Counted from the stretch's first letter, positions 1-13,556 are shown. The stretch: 64,000 bases of DNA from Eledone cirrhosa (GCA_964016885.1 OZ024742.1:124496001-124560000); one strand, 5' to 3'. The notes: a model not told the origin generated them from the letters alone. Translations and numbers: made by a program.

Positions 1-120
1 CCCCGTAAGGATGAAAAGCAAAGTTGACCTCGGCGGGATTTGAACTCAGAATGGCAAGGGCCATAAACACTATGCGTTAAAGCATGGCGTCCGCCTCTCT
101 ACCCACATTGCCAAATGCCC
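1..120 (-). mobile_element. tRNA-derived SINE (family A), 5' part
   Basis: Reverse complement has A-box-like TGGCAATGTGGGTAGAG, B-box GAGTTCAAATCC and the family body GAGGTCAACTTTGCTTTTCATCCTTACGGGG, shared with many copies in this window. Confidence 0.85.
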
Positions 121-429
121 AACATTTCGTGTCATATTTATCTAACTCTAAAAATCATAACTTTTTTCCAAGGCAGCCTTGAGAAAACAATGTTGTGATA
201 ATGTGTTTGTATAAGACCGAAACATGTGCCCATCTCTGTCATTGACTGCTAAAAAAAAGTCAGAGTTTTTCTTAGTATGAAAACTATTTTTTAACAATAC
301 TTAATATTTAATTCCTTCGTATTATTATTCTGCGTGTCTCTAAAAGTGGTAGGAACGAATTTTGTACATCGAATTTTAAAGGATAATTCAAATATTCAAT
401 GTTAAGTAAATTGTTTCGTCATCACGGTG

Positions 430-590
430 TGGTGCCTTGGTAGTATCGGTAGAGCGTCAAACTTTGCGACATGGAGCTGTATCCCTTTGAGTGAGTTTAA
501 ATGCCGTCCTGGTCAGATTTGCGTTTCATGCTTTTGCTATCCGGTATATACTCAATCGAGTTAAATTATCTAAATTCTTGACATTGAGCC
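430..590 (+). mobile_element. Degenerate SINE family A copy
   Basis: TGGTAGTATCGGTAGAGCGTC...GAGTTTAAATGCC...TTTGCGTTTCAT. Confidence 0.6.
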
Positions 591-904
591 ACTATAGTTA
601 CGTCCCTTTTCTCGTGTCTTGTACTTCATGATCTGTTTGTTAATACCACCAGGATTGTGTTGTTTCTTTTCATATTATGCCATGTCGCATATTTTTTTTT
701 CAATTTTGGAAAATAAAGATCTATAGTATCTTATTGTTTGCTTTATCTTCAAAGGTTATAGTGAAATAATTTAGTATATTTTTATGTTGTCAGGAGAGAT
801 CTGTATTGTAAAATCTTTTAAGTAAATGTAATATATTTACGCCCACATTTTTACACATACATACTAAAACATACCCACACACTTACGTATACATACACAA
901 CGTA

Positions 905-906
905 TG

Positions 907-940
<34 letters not shown>

Positions 941-953
941 AACACACACACAC

Positions 954-1046
<93 letters not shown>
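905..1046. repeat. Compound (TA)n/(CA)n microsatellite
   Basis: Directly visible. Confidence 0.95.
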
Positions 1047-1047
<1 letters not shown>

Positions 1048-2020
1048 TATTAATATGATCTTAAACTAATTTTCATATTTTGTTTCCGTCAGTATTTTTT
1101 TACATTTTCAAACTGGACCATTGTGTAAATTTCTATAACTCGTTTGATCTTTTTAACTGTTATTTTAAAATTACATTCTTTGTTTCTTTGGAGTTTGTGA
1201 CCTTTAAACGAAAGTTTTTGTTAGATTATTATTGATTAAATATTCTTAAAACTTCTATTATCATGATGTTTATCGACAAACAATTGCTTTCAACATAGAA
1301 AGATAATTGTTTCATAGCCTTTTAGTAATTCCTTAATATTAAGTTAATTCACAAATTTATTCGAATTCTCTTTATATTCTTTATTAAATGGTGATATACA
1401 TACCGTAAATATACATACATAGATACATACACACACGCAAAAACACACACATACACTTACACACACATATATATATATAAATATATTTAAATGTGTGTGT
1501 ATGTATGTGTGTATGGGTGTGTGTATTGTGTGCGTGAGTGTGTGTGTGTGTGTATTTGTATATATATATACATATACTGCTGCATTATGCTATTGTAGGC
1601 TTAGTTTATCAAGATAAAATCTAGAGCTGTTGAATACCTGATTGATTTTCATTTATCGTTTATTCGTTTGCTTTTTAATGTATCGAACGTGAAAGGTTTA
1701 TAGAAAATTTGAAGCTATATTGTGTTTAGAATATAAAATTGCATTGAATTATTCATGATACTCAGTAACAAAATTCTCGGCGATAGGCTTTTTTGATAAC
1801 TTTGTGACTTTCCTATATATGTTGACGTCGGATTCAATTCAAACAATTACAAAATAGCTGACATATTATTGACTTGGAAAAAATGTGGCGATTTAAAAAT
1901 ATTTTTTTATTAAATCTAAATTATTTTCCTGTATTTCTAACATACGCTAAGACATTTTTTTAAATTTCTTACTATCTTAGACCATTGAACCTTTTCATAT
2001 GAATTAATGAGTAGAATATC

Positions 2021-2071
<51 letters not shown>

Positions 2072-2929
2072 CTCAGGTGCTTTTATCAAATATTCAATAA
2101 CATTCACAAAATATAAATCTAGCTTGATATTCAATTTTTCATGTGTATAAGTAATTTTATTGTCGTGTTTTCAATTAGTGAATCTTTGTGAATGGAATAA
2201 TATCCATAGAATCCATGAACAAATTAATGTGTTCAGAAAAAAGAAGACGTACAAAAGGCGAAAAACCTTTATATGTGTATTGAAAACTAAATTACACTGA
2301 ACAATTTCCGTTGGCTCCTACTACATTAAAATCTAATTTCAAAGTGGTCGTTAACAAATTTGACGTAGTGAACAAAGAAATATTAATCAAAATTACATTG
2401 GGAGATTCCAGAAGAGTCTGTGTCTGAATGATTAATTCTGGTCAATACAGATAGCGGAGATTACTCTGAATAATTAAGATTAATTAGATATAGAGCAAGA
2501 GTAATTACATATAGCAGTTAGTGCAGAATACGAGTAAAGGGCCCTAACCTTGAAATATCAGATACAATTCCTACTATATACTATATTTAATCAATATAAT
2601 TTGCATGTTATCTCCTAAATATTTCTATACTATAATTTGTCATTTAGATAATGACTTATTTTCTAATCTGAAAGAGTGTAAATTATATCGGTTACTGATC
2701 ACCGTAATATCTAAAAGATATTGAAGGGCATGAAGTTCAGAAAAAAATGTATTTGTTTCTAAATAATATCTCTGTATGTCTGATGGTTTTTACGATCAAA
2801 TAAACTTTCTGAATAGTTTTTCACTGGACAACTAAGGCAATTACATGTTGAACACTATTTGACATTTTGATAGAATAATCTTCTAAGAGCACCCCAACAT
2901 TTTTTTCATTATTGGCAGTAATTATAGAG

Positions 2930-3350
2930 TGGGGGAATGGCAGTATTGGTAGAGCGTCGGACACCATGCTTCGCGTCATAGATCTACGGCCCGTTATGTT
3001 CTGAGTCAAAATCCCACCGAGTTTAGCTTTGCATTTCATCCCTATAGGCTGGATAGATTAAAGTACGAATTATACAACACCACCAACATTGGTGGCGTTG
3101 TGTCCGTAGTAGAAATTATCATTATGATTATTAAGGGCGGTGGATTGGTTGTGTTGCTAGAGTATTGGAAAGCATACTTTGTGGAATATATTTACGGCCT
3201 TTTACTTTCTGTTTCAGATGCTGCCGAGGCAAGCTTTGTATTTCATCATTACGGAATCGATATTATAAAGTACCAGTAACTCATTGGGATAATTTAAGTG
3301 ACTATCCCATCCGCCAACATTTTCAGGCCTTTTCTTAATCAGAAACCATT
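2930..3350 (+). mobile_element. Two head-to-tail SINE family A copies (about 2930-3120 and 3134-3350)
   Basis: Both have the A-box head, a B-box-like segment, CTTTGcATTTCATC and the AAAGTAC tail. Confidence 0.8.
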
Positions 3351-6300
3351 ATTAAGCACTAATTAAGATTTAAAAAATAACTTAATTTACATCAGGTAAT
3401 TGCAGTGCTGAGCAATAACATATTGAATATATGCATTCATTGGGTATCAAGTGTTGTGTTGCAGTATGGCATGTGCCTCTAAGTAATTATTAAGTAAAAC
3501 AAAATATTAAATGTTGCAGTAGGTATCATTCAATCAATCCATATAATATACGCTGGTTTAAGTGAAAGATTTAACCCGTATCACAGGAAGGAGAAAACTA
3601 ATACTTCAATATCTCAGGCATGGACAACAAGTTGAAAAAATGTTCTCCCAGAGGATTGCATGCTAGGTTCAATTCGAAATTGGAATACAACTTGCATCAT
3701 TAGGCAAGAGAATATAAAACTTAAAATACTAGAATAGCCGCAACAACCAACTAGGTTGACGTTCCTACTCTAGACAAAGTACTGCATAATGATTAAATGA
3801 TTAGGCTAGAAAATTCGTGTTATAGCACTAAATAGTTTTCTTGTTGTTTTATGAGATAAATTTGAAGCTGAATATAATGCGTTAAGAGAAAGTCAAGTTA
3901 ATAAGTTACTTATGTGAGGCAACAGTGCTTATTATTTATGATGTATGGAATTCATATATCTGATCAAATATATCACTTTGTGGAATCCAATATTCTTTAA
4001 CTTGCCGATTACAATGTCATTGAAATCTTTGACAAATGGGCTAAAAAATGATACATCTTTCGTAACTTATCTGGCTTCAAATGTAATCCACGCATTAGAG
4101 ACACATGTGTTATGTAGGAATTAGAAACACAAGAGACAATCTTCAGATTACTCTTAAATCCCACCTCTCATTAACCTACATATACAAATCAGGAACTAAA
4201 CTGTTTAAGTATTACAAACTAACTGTGACATACAGAACCTCGTAGTTTGTTAATTAGGTGTATTACATGAGCAAAGCAATAGAATGAAGCAATTCTAAAA
4301 CATAGTGCAACTGTTGGTGATTTGATTTCCGCAACATTAATGCATAACTGACAACCATTAACCAATACAATAGCAGCCAGACTTCATAGAAATGGCAATA
4401 ATTAATGTCTCCCATGTTAATTCGTTGTACATATTTATATATAATATAGAATTGGGTTATTATTATGACGATAGAAATAATTTTTATTAATACAACTGGC
4501 GTTATTTGGTGATGAGTGTGTTTAAGTCTAAAACGATAATTATAGCAATATACACATCGTTTACAATTACTTCATTTTCCTATATATTACGAAAGTAATA
4601 AATCCACACATGCATTTATGAATATCAATTATCCTTATTCCCATTCTTCGCCTGAGCGATAGCTATATTTACAATTACAATTTAATATAATAGCTTAGGA
4701 TTATATGTTTATTCTATTCCACTCCTATACAAGTGACTAGAGCACAAACAAGTAATTATATTTCCAATGTAAAGTGAACAATTCGGATAATGATATTTAA
4801 TATTATCTCGTATTTATTTCTACCAGAATGCAGACGTTAATTGATTTTAACGACCTCTCTATTGGAATATTGTTATTCATTTCCACGTGATTGTAGGCGT
4901 CAAAAGGTTAATTAAGGCAAGTGCAAGTTGTTGATAAAAATTTGAATTAGAATACTGAAAAGCAATACTGATAAATAAAATGTCAATAAATATAAATAAG
5001 TATGTTATGTAGATAAATGATTTATAGTTAATCTAATTAGAAAGACCATTCCATCGTAATTATTATTATTCAGTATATTCATACATATAAGAATGGTATG
5101 TGTAAAGCGTATGCCACAATTATCAAGTCTCATTCATCTATTTGATTTGTACCATTATCTGTAAAATCAGGGGATTGGATGGGTAAGAACAACATGACCT
5201 ATTGACATAAAAAATAATAATTCAGCTTATTCATTTTGTTTCTTTTTCAGAAACATTTCGGATTCCTCATTATGTGGGTGTCGTTAATATATTCTAAATA
5301 TATCAAAAGTTGAATATTTCCAGGAATTTGAATTTTTTCATTGATTTAAATTATAAGAAATTAGATAATGTTTTATCAACATTGTAGTCCGTTTTATCGA
5401 GAGGTTCTATCATTTCTACGAAATATGGATATCTCCGTCAATGGCTGTGTACCAATTATGTTATAGATTATGAAAGACATGGAATTTTGGAAGTCACTCC
5501 TAATGAGGTGCACTAAGTTTATTTTTGGTAAAGGTCGATTCTGTCTTTGCACACCGGACTCACATAGATGCTTGAAAATCAGCATGACGGAATGTACTCC
5601 CGCACGTAACGCTTGGTTATCAACTTAACTACCAAAATAGCTCAGCGGAAATTGGGATTGGTAAGTTACTGGGCGAAACATCCAGGAGAAATAGCCCTAA
5701 TGTTAGTGCAATATAAAGCGAAACATTATTTTTTTTATATATAGCCGCCACCTCTGTAATTTTGTACATGAACCTGTTTGCGCATTGTTCTCATATAGTT
5801 TCTGTAGTGCTTCATCAATTTAATATATAAACGAAGTACGAAAAAGATGCAAAAAGATGCAAAGCTAATAAAGTAGTTACTGTAATTTACATCAAAATGA
5901 ATATTATATAGCAGCATATCAATACAATGTTATTGCATATGGTCACGCTATACGCATTTGTTGTTTCTGAAAAGAAAAATGCTGAGGAAGCTTTGTTTAA
6001 ACATATTAATAATTTAATTCAATATAATTATAATAAACCTTCAGGGCACAGCAATTATATGAAAGCAATGTATATAGATTTAATGCGTATATCATGTTCA
6101 TTAATTTTAGAATCATGTAACATGCTGCTAATTTGATTATCTGCGTGAAACCATGTAATAACAACGATTTTACTTCTATTTAGTGGCATTATAAACATAC
6201 ATGCAACATACAGGTATTTCTGAAATATTATGATTAAGATATACGCGCGATGTCAGGTAAATTACAGACCGATTTCGTGTCACACATTTCGTATTTCAAA

Positions 6301-6554
6301 TATGATTGAACATTCCTGAAATTTATATTATGTACAAAAAGAACAGAATTCGTTTTACAGTGTAAAATCTTTGAAGAGAATCTATTTTATATTGTTTTCA
6401 AAGGAACGATATATATGATAACAGATATTTCAAGAAGTAGTTTTATATTAATTATATAAAATAAAGTCCTATATAAACATATGGTTATTATATTTTATAA
6501 TCTTGTCCACAGGGCTCACTTTAAACGTACGTGAATGAATGGACATAATTGAAT

Positions 6555-6760
6555 GGACATGTGGCTGATTGGTTAGAGAACTGGATTCGCAATCGTGAGG
6601 TTGTCGAGGTTGTCAGTTCGATTCCTGGATCGAGCGTGCGTTATGTCCTTGAGCAAGGCACTTTTTTGTCACGTTTCTCGCTCTACCTGGAGTGGCGACC
6701 GATAGATAGTATTAGCAAATGGAAAGAGCAATGGAAACATTGCTCCCTCGGTCCGAGTTG
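6555..6760 (+). mobile_element. tRNA-derived SINE (family B)
   Basis: GTGGCTGATTGGTTAGAG (A box), GTTCGATTCC (B box), then TGTCCTTGAGCAAGGCACTT central domain. Confidence 0.75.
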
Positions 6761-6867
6761 AACGACTATTTTTTTTTGGGGGGGGGGGGTTATTCACTCT
6801 AAGAAGATTTCACAATAATACATATATATGTACAAGATAATACGTTTCGTATTATATATATATATAT

Positions 6868-7965
6868 CTAGGGCGGCTAAAATTCCCGAGATCCATGGAA
6901 GAGTTCTCTTCAGCGGCCTCTGTCCCTCATTATCACTTCTATATCCTGCGTCTCCAACAGACCAGTGTCAGTCCGTAGGGCATCAACATATGTTAACCTC
7001 GGTCTTCTTCCAGTGTGTTCATGCAGGGGCTCCCACAGTAGCACTGAGTGCAGTGTCAACTCTGGATGTTGGTGAGCATGCCTAGCTAACCTCAGTAACC
7101 TCTGTATCACTTTTGAGCTGACTTTTGAGAGGCTCCCAAACAAATCTAAGTTCTTAATCTTCTGTATATACTGATATAATTTTCAGAGCCATCCTCAGCA
7201 TTCTTGTGTAGCACCCATCCACCATCTGAGTGAGTTTCTTAGTCAGTGTCCAAATCTCAGACCCGTACAGGAGCACAGACTCCACTACAGAAAAAAGAGG
7301 CGGATCTTCCGGTCTTTACGAAGGTCCGACTTCCACACCGATCTCAAGCTGTTGTACACCGCCCAGGCTTTGCTCTTCCTCTTGACGACATCATGTTCCA
7401 TATTCCCAATCTTTGCTCCCAAATACAGGAAGTCCTCATCCAATTCTAGCGGCTTCCCACCTATATTAGTAATCTTCTCTAGCTTCGTAATATTCTCTAC
7501 CATATATTTCGTCTTAATCTCATTCATTCTCTGTCCACACTCATCGACACAGTCTCCACCTCCTGCATCAAATCCTCTGACTCTCTATCTGTGTTTGTCA
7601 ACAAACCTATGTCGTCGGCAAATTCAGTGTCCGATATCGTTTTCGCCTTAACTCTCCTGCTCTGAGCCGGTGTTACAGTAAACCAAGAATCTGGAGTTTC
7701 TCCAGCGCAAGACGCATACCATAGTCCACTACGGTGATAAAAAGGTAGGGAACCAATGTATCGCACTGGATCACTCCAGACAGTATCTCAAAGAAGTCTG
7801 TGTCCAATCAGGTGTACTGACCTGGGCTTTGGTGTTTTTGTAGAGCAGTGATGTCAGGTCCACTAACTTCTTGGGGATTCCCAGCCAATCAAAACAATGA
7901 CTGCAGGAAGACACTTTGCTCTAGTCCCCTCTAATATCCTCCTCAGCATCAGGATGATGGGAACA
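6868..7965 (-). mobile_element. RTE-clade LINE, 3' fragment with disrupted RT
   Basis: Minus-strand peptides DTEFADDIGLL, EDFLYLGAKIG, KIRLF, VLLWEPLHEHTGRRPRLTYVDALRTDTG; same family as 11604-12616. Confidence 0.9.
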
Positions 7966-8042
7966 GCTAGATGATGTAAAACGGAGTATTTGTATGAAAA
8001 AAAAAGATCCGAAGGTATGGTATAAATGTCCAATCATTTTAA

Positions 8043-8115
8043 TCACGACACATGTTTCAATGGAGTTGGATCGATCGTGTGGTCATGATCGATTATCACT
8101 GATATCATCAGGTGA
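8043..8115 (-). ncRNA. Type I hammerhead ribozyme motif (left arm of palindrome)
   Basis: Reverse complement: TCAC-CTGATGA-[long stem II containing ATCGATC/GATCGAT]-GAAAC-ATGT-GTC-GTGA. Confidence 0.6.
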
Positions 8116-8264
8116 ATAATGAAATGTCTTGAAATCTTTGATATGAGAGAGGAAAAAACTAACGATGTTCACTCACTAGAGTTACGGGGAACAAAACTCT
8201 AGTGAGTGAACATCGTTAGTTTGTTTCCTCTCTCATATCAAAGATTTTAACACATTTCATTATG

Positions 8265-8336
8265 CACCTGATGAGATCAGTGATGATCCATCATGACCAC
8301 ACGATCGATCTGTCCCTTATTGAAACATGTGTCGTG
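8265..8336 (+). ncRNA. Type I hammerhead ribozyme motif (right arm of palindrome)
   Basis: CAC-CTGATGA-G...T-GAAAC-ATGT-GTC-GTG. Confidence 0.6.
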
Positions 8337-8500
8337 ATTAAAATGATTGGAAATGTATACCATGCCTTCGGATCTTTATTTTGATATATATATATATATA
8401 TATACGTGGGGTGGGGGGTGGCGTGTGTGTGGGTGTGTATTATAAAGTGAAATGACAGGAGGCCTAATATGTTGAATTTCCTTATTTTTTGTTATTGTAA

Positions 8501-8558
8501 ACACTATGCACATTTCACTGTCCAGGCTGCTTAAGAACTCTGTGACCTCACCAGGTGT
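8501..8558 (-). ncRNA. Degenerate hammerhead motif (A6G in core)
   Basis: Reverse complement: ACAC-CTGGTGA-GGTCACAG...CTGGACAGT-GAAA-TGTGCA-TA-GTGT. Confidence 0.55.
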
Positions 8559-8639
8559 AAATTGCGTAATAGATGTATACCAACGGAGTGATGGTAAGCT
8601 TTAAAGAAACAAATAAAGAACAAACAAAGAGGAAAAGGT

Positions 8640-10600
8640 TTGTGCTATTTGTTTGACCCAGAGACGGATGTAGTAGCGTGCTGCCACATTGTTCTCCCGC
8701 ATGTGAGGCGGCCCGTTCCATAGGCTGGCGAGTAAGTCCACTTCAACAGTATGGGGTCTGTAATTTGGTGTAATGTGAAAGTGAGCGGTGCCAGTTGAGG
8801 TGAAATAATTGTACCGTATTGCTGTTATGAGATGCGAGTGTGACTTCTGTTGTGGGCAGATAGCACGGGGCCCAAGGTAACACCAACATCATTTGGGTAA
8901 TGCTGATGGAATATTTTCCACATCATGTAGATAATGTCGCGCTCCCGGCGAAGTTTGAGAGAATAAAGTGTGAGCTTTTCTTGTCGACCCCAACAGTCAA
9001 GGCCTGTCATGCCATCTATCTTTTTTGTAATTGTCCTTTGATTGATTCAACTTTCATGATACTTTGTTTCGGAGACCACAGTGGACAACAGTATTCAAGG
9101 TGAGGTCGGGTAAAAGTGGAGAAGAGAAGGTTAATGGTGTGAATATCTCACGAATGGAAAGTTCTGAGAATCCAGGAACACATTCTGCGGGCCATGTCAA
9201 CTTTGCTGTTTATATGAGTGACCCAGCTTATGTTGTTGCCGACAAATACTCCAAGTCTCTGATGTCGTTGGATGACATGAGAGTTTCACCTGGAGGAACT
9301 GTGGATGGGAGTTTCGGGATATCCTCTTCTCCAAAGTGAATTAACTCAAATTTATCCTCGCTCAGCAGCATATTTTTCTTTTCGGCCCATTGAATAACAG
9401 CCAGTAGGTCTGAGTGAAGGCATATCCGGTCACCCACTTCATTAATGACGTTTTTGAACTTGAAATCATCAGCAAATATTCTTATGTTGTTCTGATTGAT
9501 GATGTATGTAATGTCATTAATGTAGATGATAAAAAGAAGTGGGCCTAACAGAGTGCTTTGCGGAAAGCCACCACTGAATTTGGCTGGGCCTGATTTTACT
9601 CTTTTGACTACAACATGGTGGGCTCTATCTGTCAGGAAACACTTGATATATTGCAGTAACTTTCCAGAGACACCAATGTTGGATAGTGTTTTCAATAGAA
9701 ACTTGTGATCAACCCTGTTAAAGGCCTTGCTGAAATTAAGGTAGATGACAACAGTGCTGGAGCCCTCTCCCACAACTTTCAAAATGTCATCAAAGTGATA
9801 CAAGAGCTGCGTTAGGCAGTCTCTTCCATTACAGAACCCATGTTGATTGAAGCTAAGCAGTTTTGTGCTTTCAGGAAAGTGGGTTATTCGTCATCTCACC
9901 ACCCTCTCAAATACCCTGATGATATGTGAAGCGAGTGAGATCGGACGGTAGTTCACAGCAAGGGATTTGTTTTCCTTTTTGAAAACTGGGACAACAGACT
10001 GGGACAGAAAGTCTTCAGGAATATAGCCAGCCTCCAGTGAATTCCTTCACAGATGAGCAAGGGGAATTGGAAGTTGGTGTCGATACACCTTCAGGACACA
10101 AGCAGGGAACCTATCGGAGCCTACTGCTAAATTGTGTTTACTTTTGTTTTTTGCCTCTAAGACATCAGGGATGCCAAACGTTATGTCCGATATAGTGTGT
10201 TGGGGATTAACAGCACTGATACAGCACAGATCGCCCATATCAGGATTGCTGAAAACAGAGCAGTATTCATTCTGTAGTATCTCACTCATGGTTTCTGGCA
10301 TTATCTTGGAGAGTGCCATTTTCATCAATTAGAGGGCCAACAGTGCAGACAGTGACCTTTTGTCTTTTCGAAAATGAAAAGAAAGCTTTGGGGTTGAATT
10401 TTATTTTCTCAATGGCCCATTTCACCTCAGCCGTTCTTTGGTTATTTATGATGGTCTTCATGCATTTTTTTACGTTATATTTGTTTGATTCGAGCAGTGC
10501 GATAGCCGTCGAATGTGTGTGTTGCTGTTGGCAGTATTTTAGTCTGTTAATTTTTTTGTTTGATCTTTTATTTTTCTGATAATAGTTTTGTTTTTCTGCT
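8640..10600 (-). mobile_element. CR1/L2-group LINE fragment, disrupted RT
   Basis: IYLNFSKAFNRVDH, GFPQSTLLGPLLFIIYINDI, RIFADD, NYRPISL, LYSLKLRRER. Confidence 0.9.
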
Positions 10601-10985
10601 GTGGGGGATTATGCACTTAGTTTTGTTCACAGGATTTTATGGGGTGTGTTTTGCACATATGTTTGTAACAATGACTACAAAGAGATCTGCCATGATGTTG
10701 GTGGAGGTGTTGGTGTGCTAATTTGAAGTGCATCATAACATATATAATATGTATGATGATTATGTTTCTAAGCAGAAAAGATTTGTGTACATTTGCATTA
10801 TATATAAATATAAATGCATACACACACGCGCACACACATCCACATATATAATTCAAATTTCAAGATATATGTATACACATAGGAGGGGAAATGAGCCATA
10901 TACCTTATGAGAATATTTTATACACACAAAATGAGCACATACATTTAGGAATGTATTCGTAATTCAAATGGAAAAACTGTTCTTA

Positions 10986-11050
<65 letters not shown>

Positions 11051-11132
11051 ATAATAATAAATTTGAAGACTAAAATCCAAAGAGGGCTTGATAAGATAAA
11101 TATATGTCAAATATATAAGAACCGTAAAGCAA

Positions 11133-11260
11133 ATATTTATTAAAAATAACAGATTAAAATTTAATCAAAGAATCGCCGCTTTCACCCTTCAGAAGATCCC
11201 GTTAAGGGTGAAAGCAGCGATTCTTTGTTTAAACTTTAATCTGTTATTTTAATAAATATA
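11133..11260. repeat. Near-perfect hairpin, arms about 55 bp
   Basis: ATATTTATTAAAAATAACAGATTAAA...GCTTTCACCCTT / AAGGGTGAAAGC...TTTAATCTGTTATTTTTAATAAATAT. Confidence 0.9.
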
Positions 11261-11264
11261 TATA

Positions 11265-12980
11265 TGAATGTATATATAGTGCATTTTGCAATACACTGTA
11301 TGCTTAATTAAAAGCATTTCGAAGACCTTATGCTATTGTTTTAGAGTAGTGACAGTCTCACTTTCTTTAACATTTCAGCAAACAGGGGAGATAAAGCTGA
11401 CAGAGCTATGTTTCGTACTGATTGGTACTTATCAAAGCCAAGTACTCCACCTGTTTGCTGAAAATCATGAATGTTTGATTCTTATATAATTTCTAGTAAT
11501 AATCAGGAACTAATTATACAGAGAGGTTGCCGGTCAAGCAGAAATTGAAAATTAGAATTGGCGCTCTGAAATAGCTATATATATATGAATGTATATATAG
11601 TGTAATGAAGAGGCGGATTTTCAGGTCTCTACGAAGCTCCAACTACCACACCGATCTCAAGCTGTGGCACGCCGCCCAGGCCTTGCTCTTCCTCTCAACC
11701 ACATCATCTTCCGTATTCCCAATCTTTGCTCCTAAATACAGGAAGCCCTCAACCAATTCTAGCGGCTTACCGCCTACATTAGTGATCCCCCCTGGCTTCT
11801 CAACATTCTCTACCAGATATTTTGTTTTAGTCTCATTCATTCTCAGCCCCACACTCATCAACACAGTCTCAACCTCCCGCATCAAATCCTCTGCCTCCTT
11901 CACTGTATTTGTCACCAAAACTATGTCATCGGCAAATTCAGCAATCCGATACCTTTTTCGCCCTAACTCTCCTGCTCTGAGCCGGTGCTACAGTAAAGCC
12001 AGAGTCCTGGCGTTTCTCCAGTGCAAGGCGCAAACAATAGTCCACTACGATGATAAAAAGGTAGGGAGCCAATGTATCTCCCTGGAGCACTGCAGCCAGT
12101 ATCTCAAACAACTCTGTCATCCCATCAGGTGTAATGACTTGGGCTTTGGTGTTGGTGTAGAGCAGTGATATCAGGTCCACTATCTTCTTGCTGTAGTCGA
12201 GTCTGTGCTGCTGTATGGGTCTGAGACTTGGACACTGACCAAGAAACTCACTCAGATGGTGGATGGGTGCTACACGAGAATGTTGAGGATGGCTCTGAAC
12301 ATTAATCAGTACACAGTGAGGTTGAAAAACTCAGAGCTGTATGGGAGCATCCCAAAAGTCAGCTCAAAAGTGACACAGAGGAGACTGAGGTTATCTGGAC
12401 GTGCTCACCGACATCCAGAGTTGACATTGCTCTCAGTGCTCCTTTGGGAGCCCCTACATGGACACACTAGAAGGGGAAGACCAAGGTTAACGTATGTTGA
12501 TGCCCTAAGGACAGACACTAGTCTGTTAGAGACGCAGGACATGGCAGCGATGATGAGGGACAGAGACCGCTGGAGAGAACTCGTCCATGGATCTCGGGAA
12601 TTTTACCCGGCTTAGAATATATAGTGTTTTTAGCAATACACTGTATGCTTAATTAAAAACAATTTCTGCTTGACCGGCAACCCCTCCGTATAATCAGTTC
12701 CTGATTATTACTAGAAATTCTATAAGAATCAAACATTCATGATTTTCAGCAAACAGGTGGAGTACTTGGCTTTGATAAGTACCAATCAGTACAAAACATA
12801 GCTCTGTCAGCTTTATCTCGCCTGTTTGCTGAACTGTTAAAGAAAGTGAGACTGTCACTACCCTAAAACAATAGCATAAGGTCTTCGAAATGCTTTTATT
12901 TAAGCATACAGTGTATTGCAAAATGCACTATATATACGTTCATATATATATAGCTATTTCAGAGCGCCAATTCTATTTTT
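11265..12980. repeat. About 320-bp non-coding unit in tandem and inverted copies, interrupted by an RTE insertion
   Basis: 11265-11585 is one unit; the next starts at 11585 and resumes at 12617; 12660-12980 is the reverse complement of a permuted unit (twin ORFs 11286+ and 12694-). Confidence 0.9.
11604..12616. mobile_element. 5'-inverted RTE LINE insertion (11604-12190 minus, 12191-12616 plus) with 11-bp TSD
   Basis: VLQGDTLAPYLF and FADD on minus; VESVLLYGSETW to the C-terminus on plus; ATATATAGTGT at 11593-11603 and 12617-12627. Confidence 0.9.
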
Positions 12981-13109
12981 AAATATATATATATATATAT
13001 AATTACGCACATATATTTCAACACACACAGACACAAACACAAACACATACACCCACACACGCACACACTCAGACACACATACACACACTCACAGTTATAT
13101 ATATATACA

Positions 13110-13177
<68 letters not shown>

Positions 13178-13179
13178 AA

Positions 13180-13371
13180 TAACGAACGACATGTGGTAAG
13201 GAACCAGATGGACCATAACGTACCAGAGTTATCAATACCTAGGATAGTAGAATGGGTAATAGGAAAATATTAACCCCGACGGCAGAGCTCAAGCCGTTTC
13301 GACGGCTGTTTCTGGACTCTGAAACAGCCGTCGAAACGGCTTCAGCTCTGCCGTCGGGGTTAAACATTGTC

Positions 13372-13372
<1 letters not shown>
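13180..13372. mobile_element. Small non-autonomous repeat family with internal GC-rich hairpin
   Basis: GTGGTAAGGAACCAGATGGACCATAAC head recurs at 21379 and, reversed, at 44575-44625; CCCCGACGGCAGAGCT...AGCTCTGCCGTCGGGG hairpin. Confidence 0.75.

Positions 13373-13556
<184 letters not shown>

Larger units (their letters stand above)
7998..8382. repeat. Fold-back palindrome, arms about 185 bp, loop near 8184-8195
   Basis: ...ACTAACGATGTTCACTCACTAGAGTT / AACTCTAGTGAGTGAACATCGTTAGT...; arms match out to AAAGATCCGAAGG / CCTTCGGATCTTT. Confidence 0.95.
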
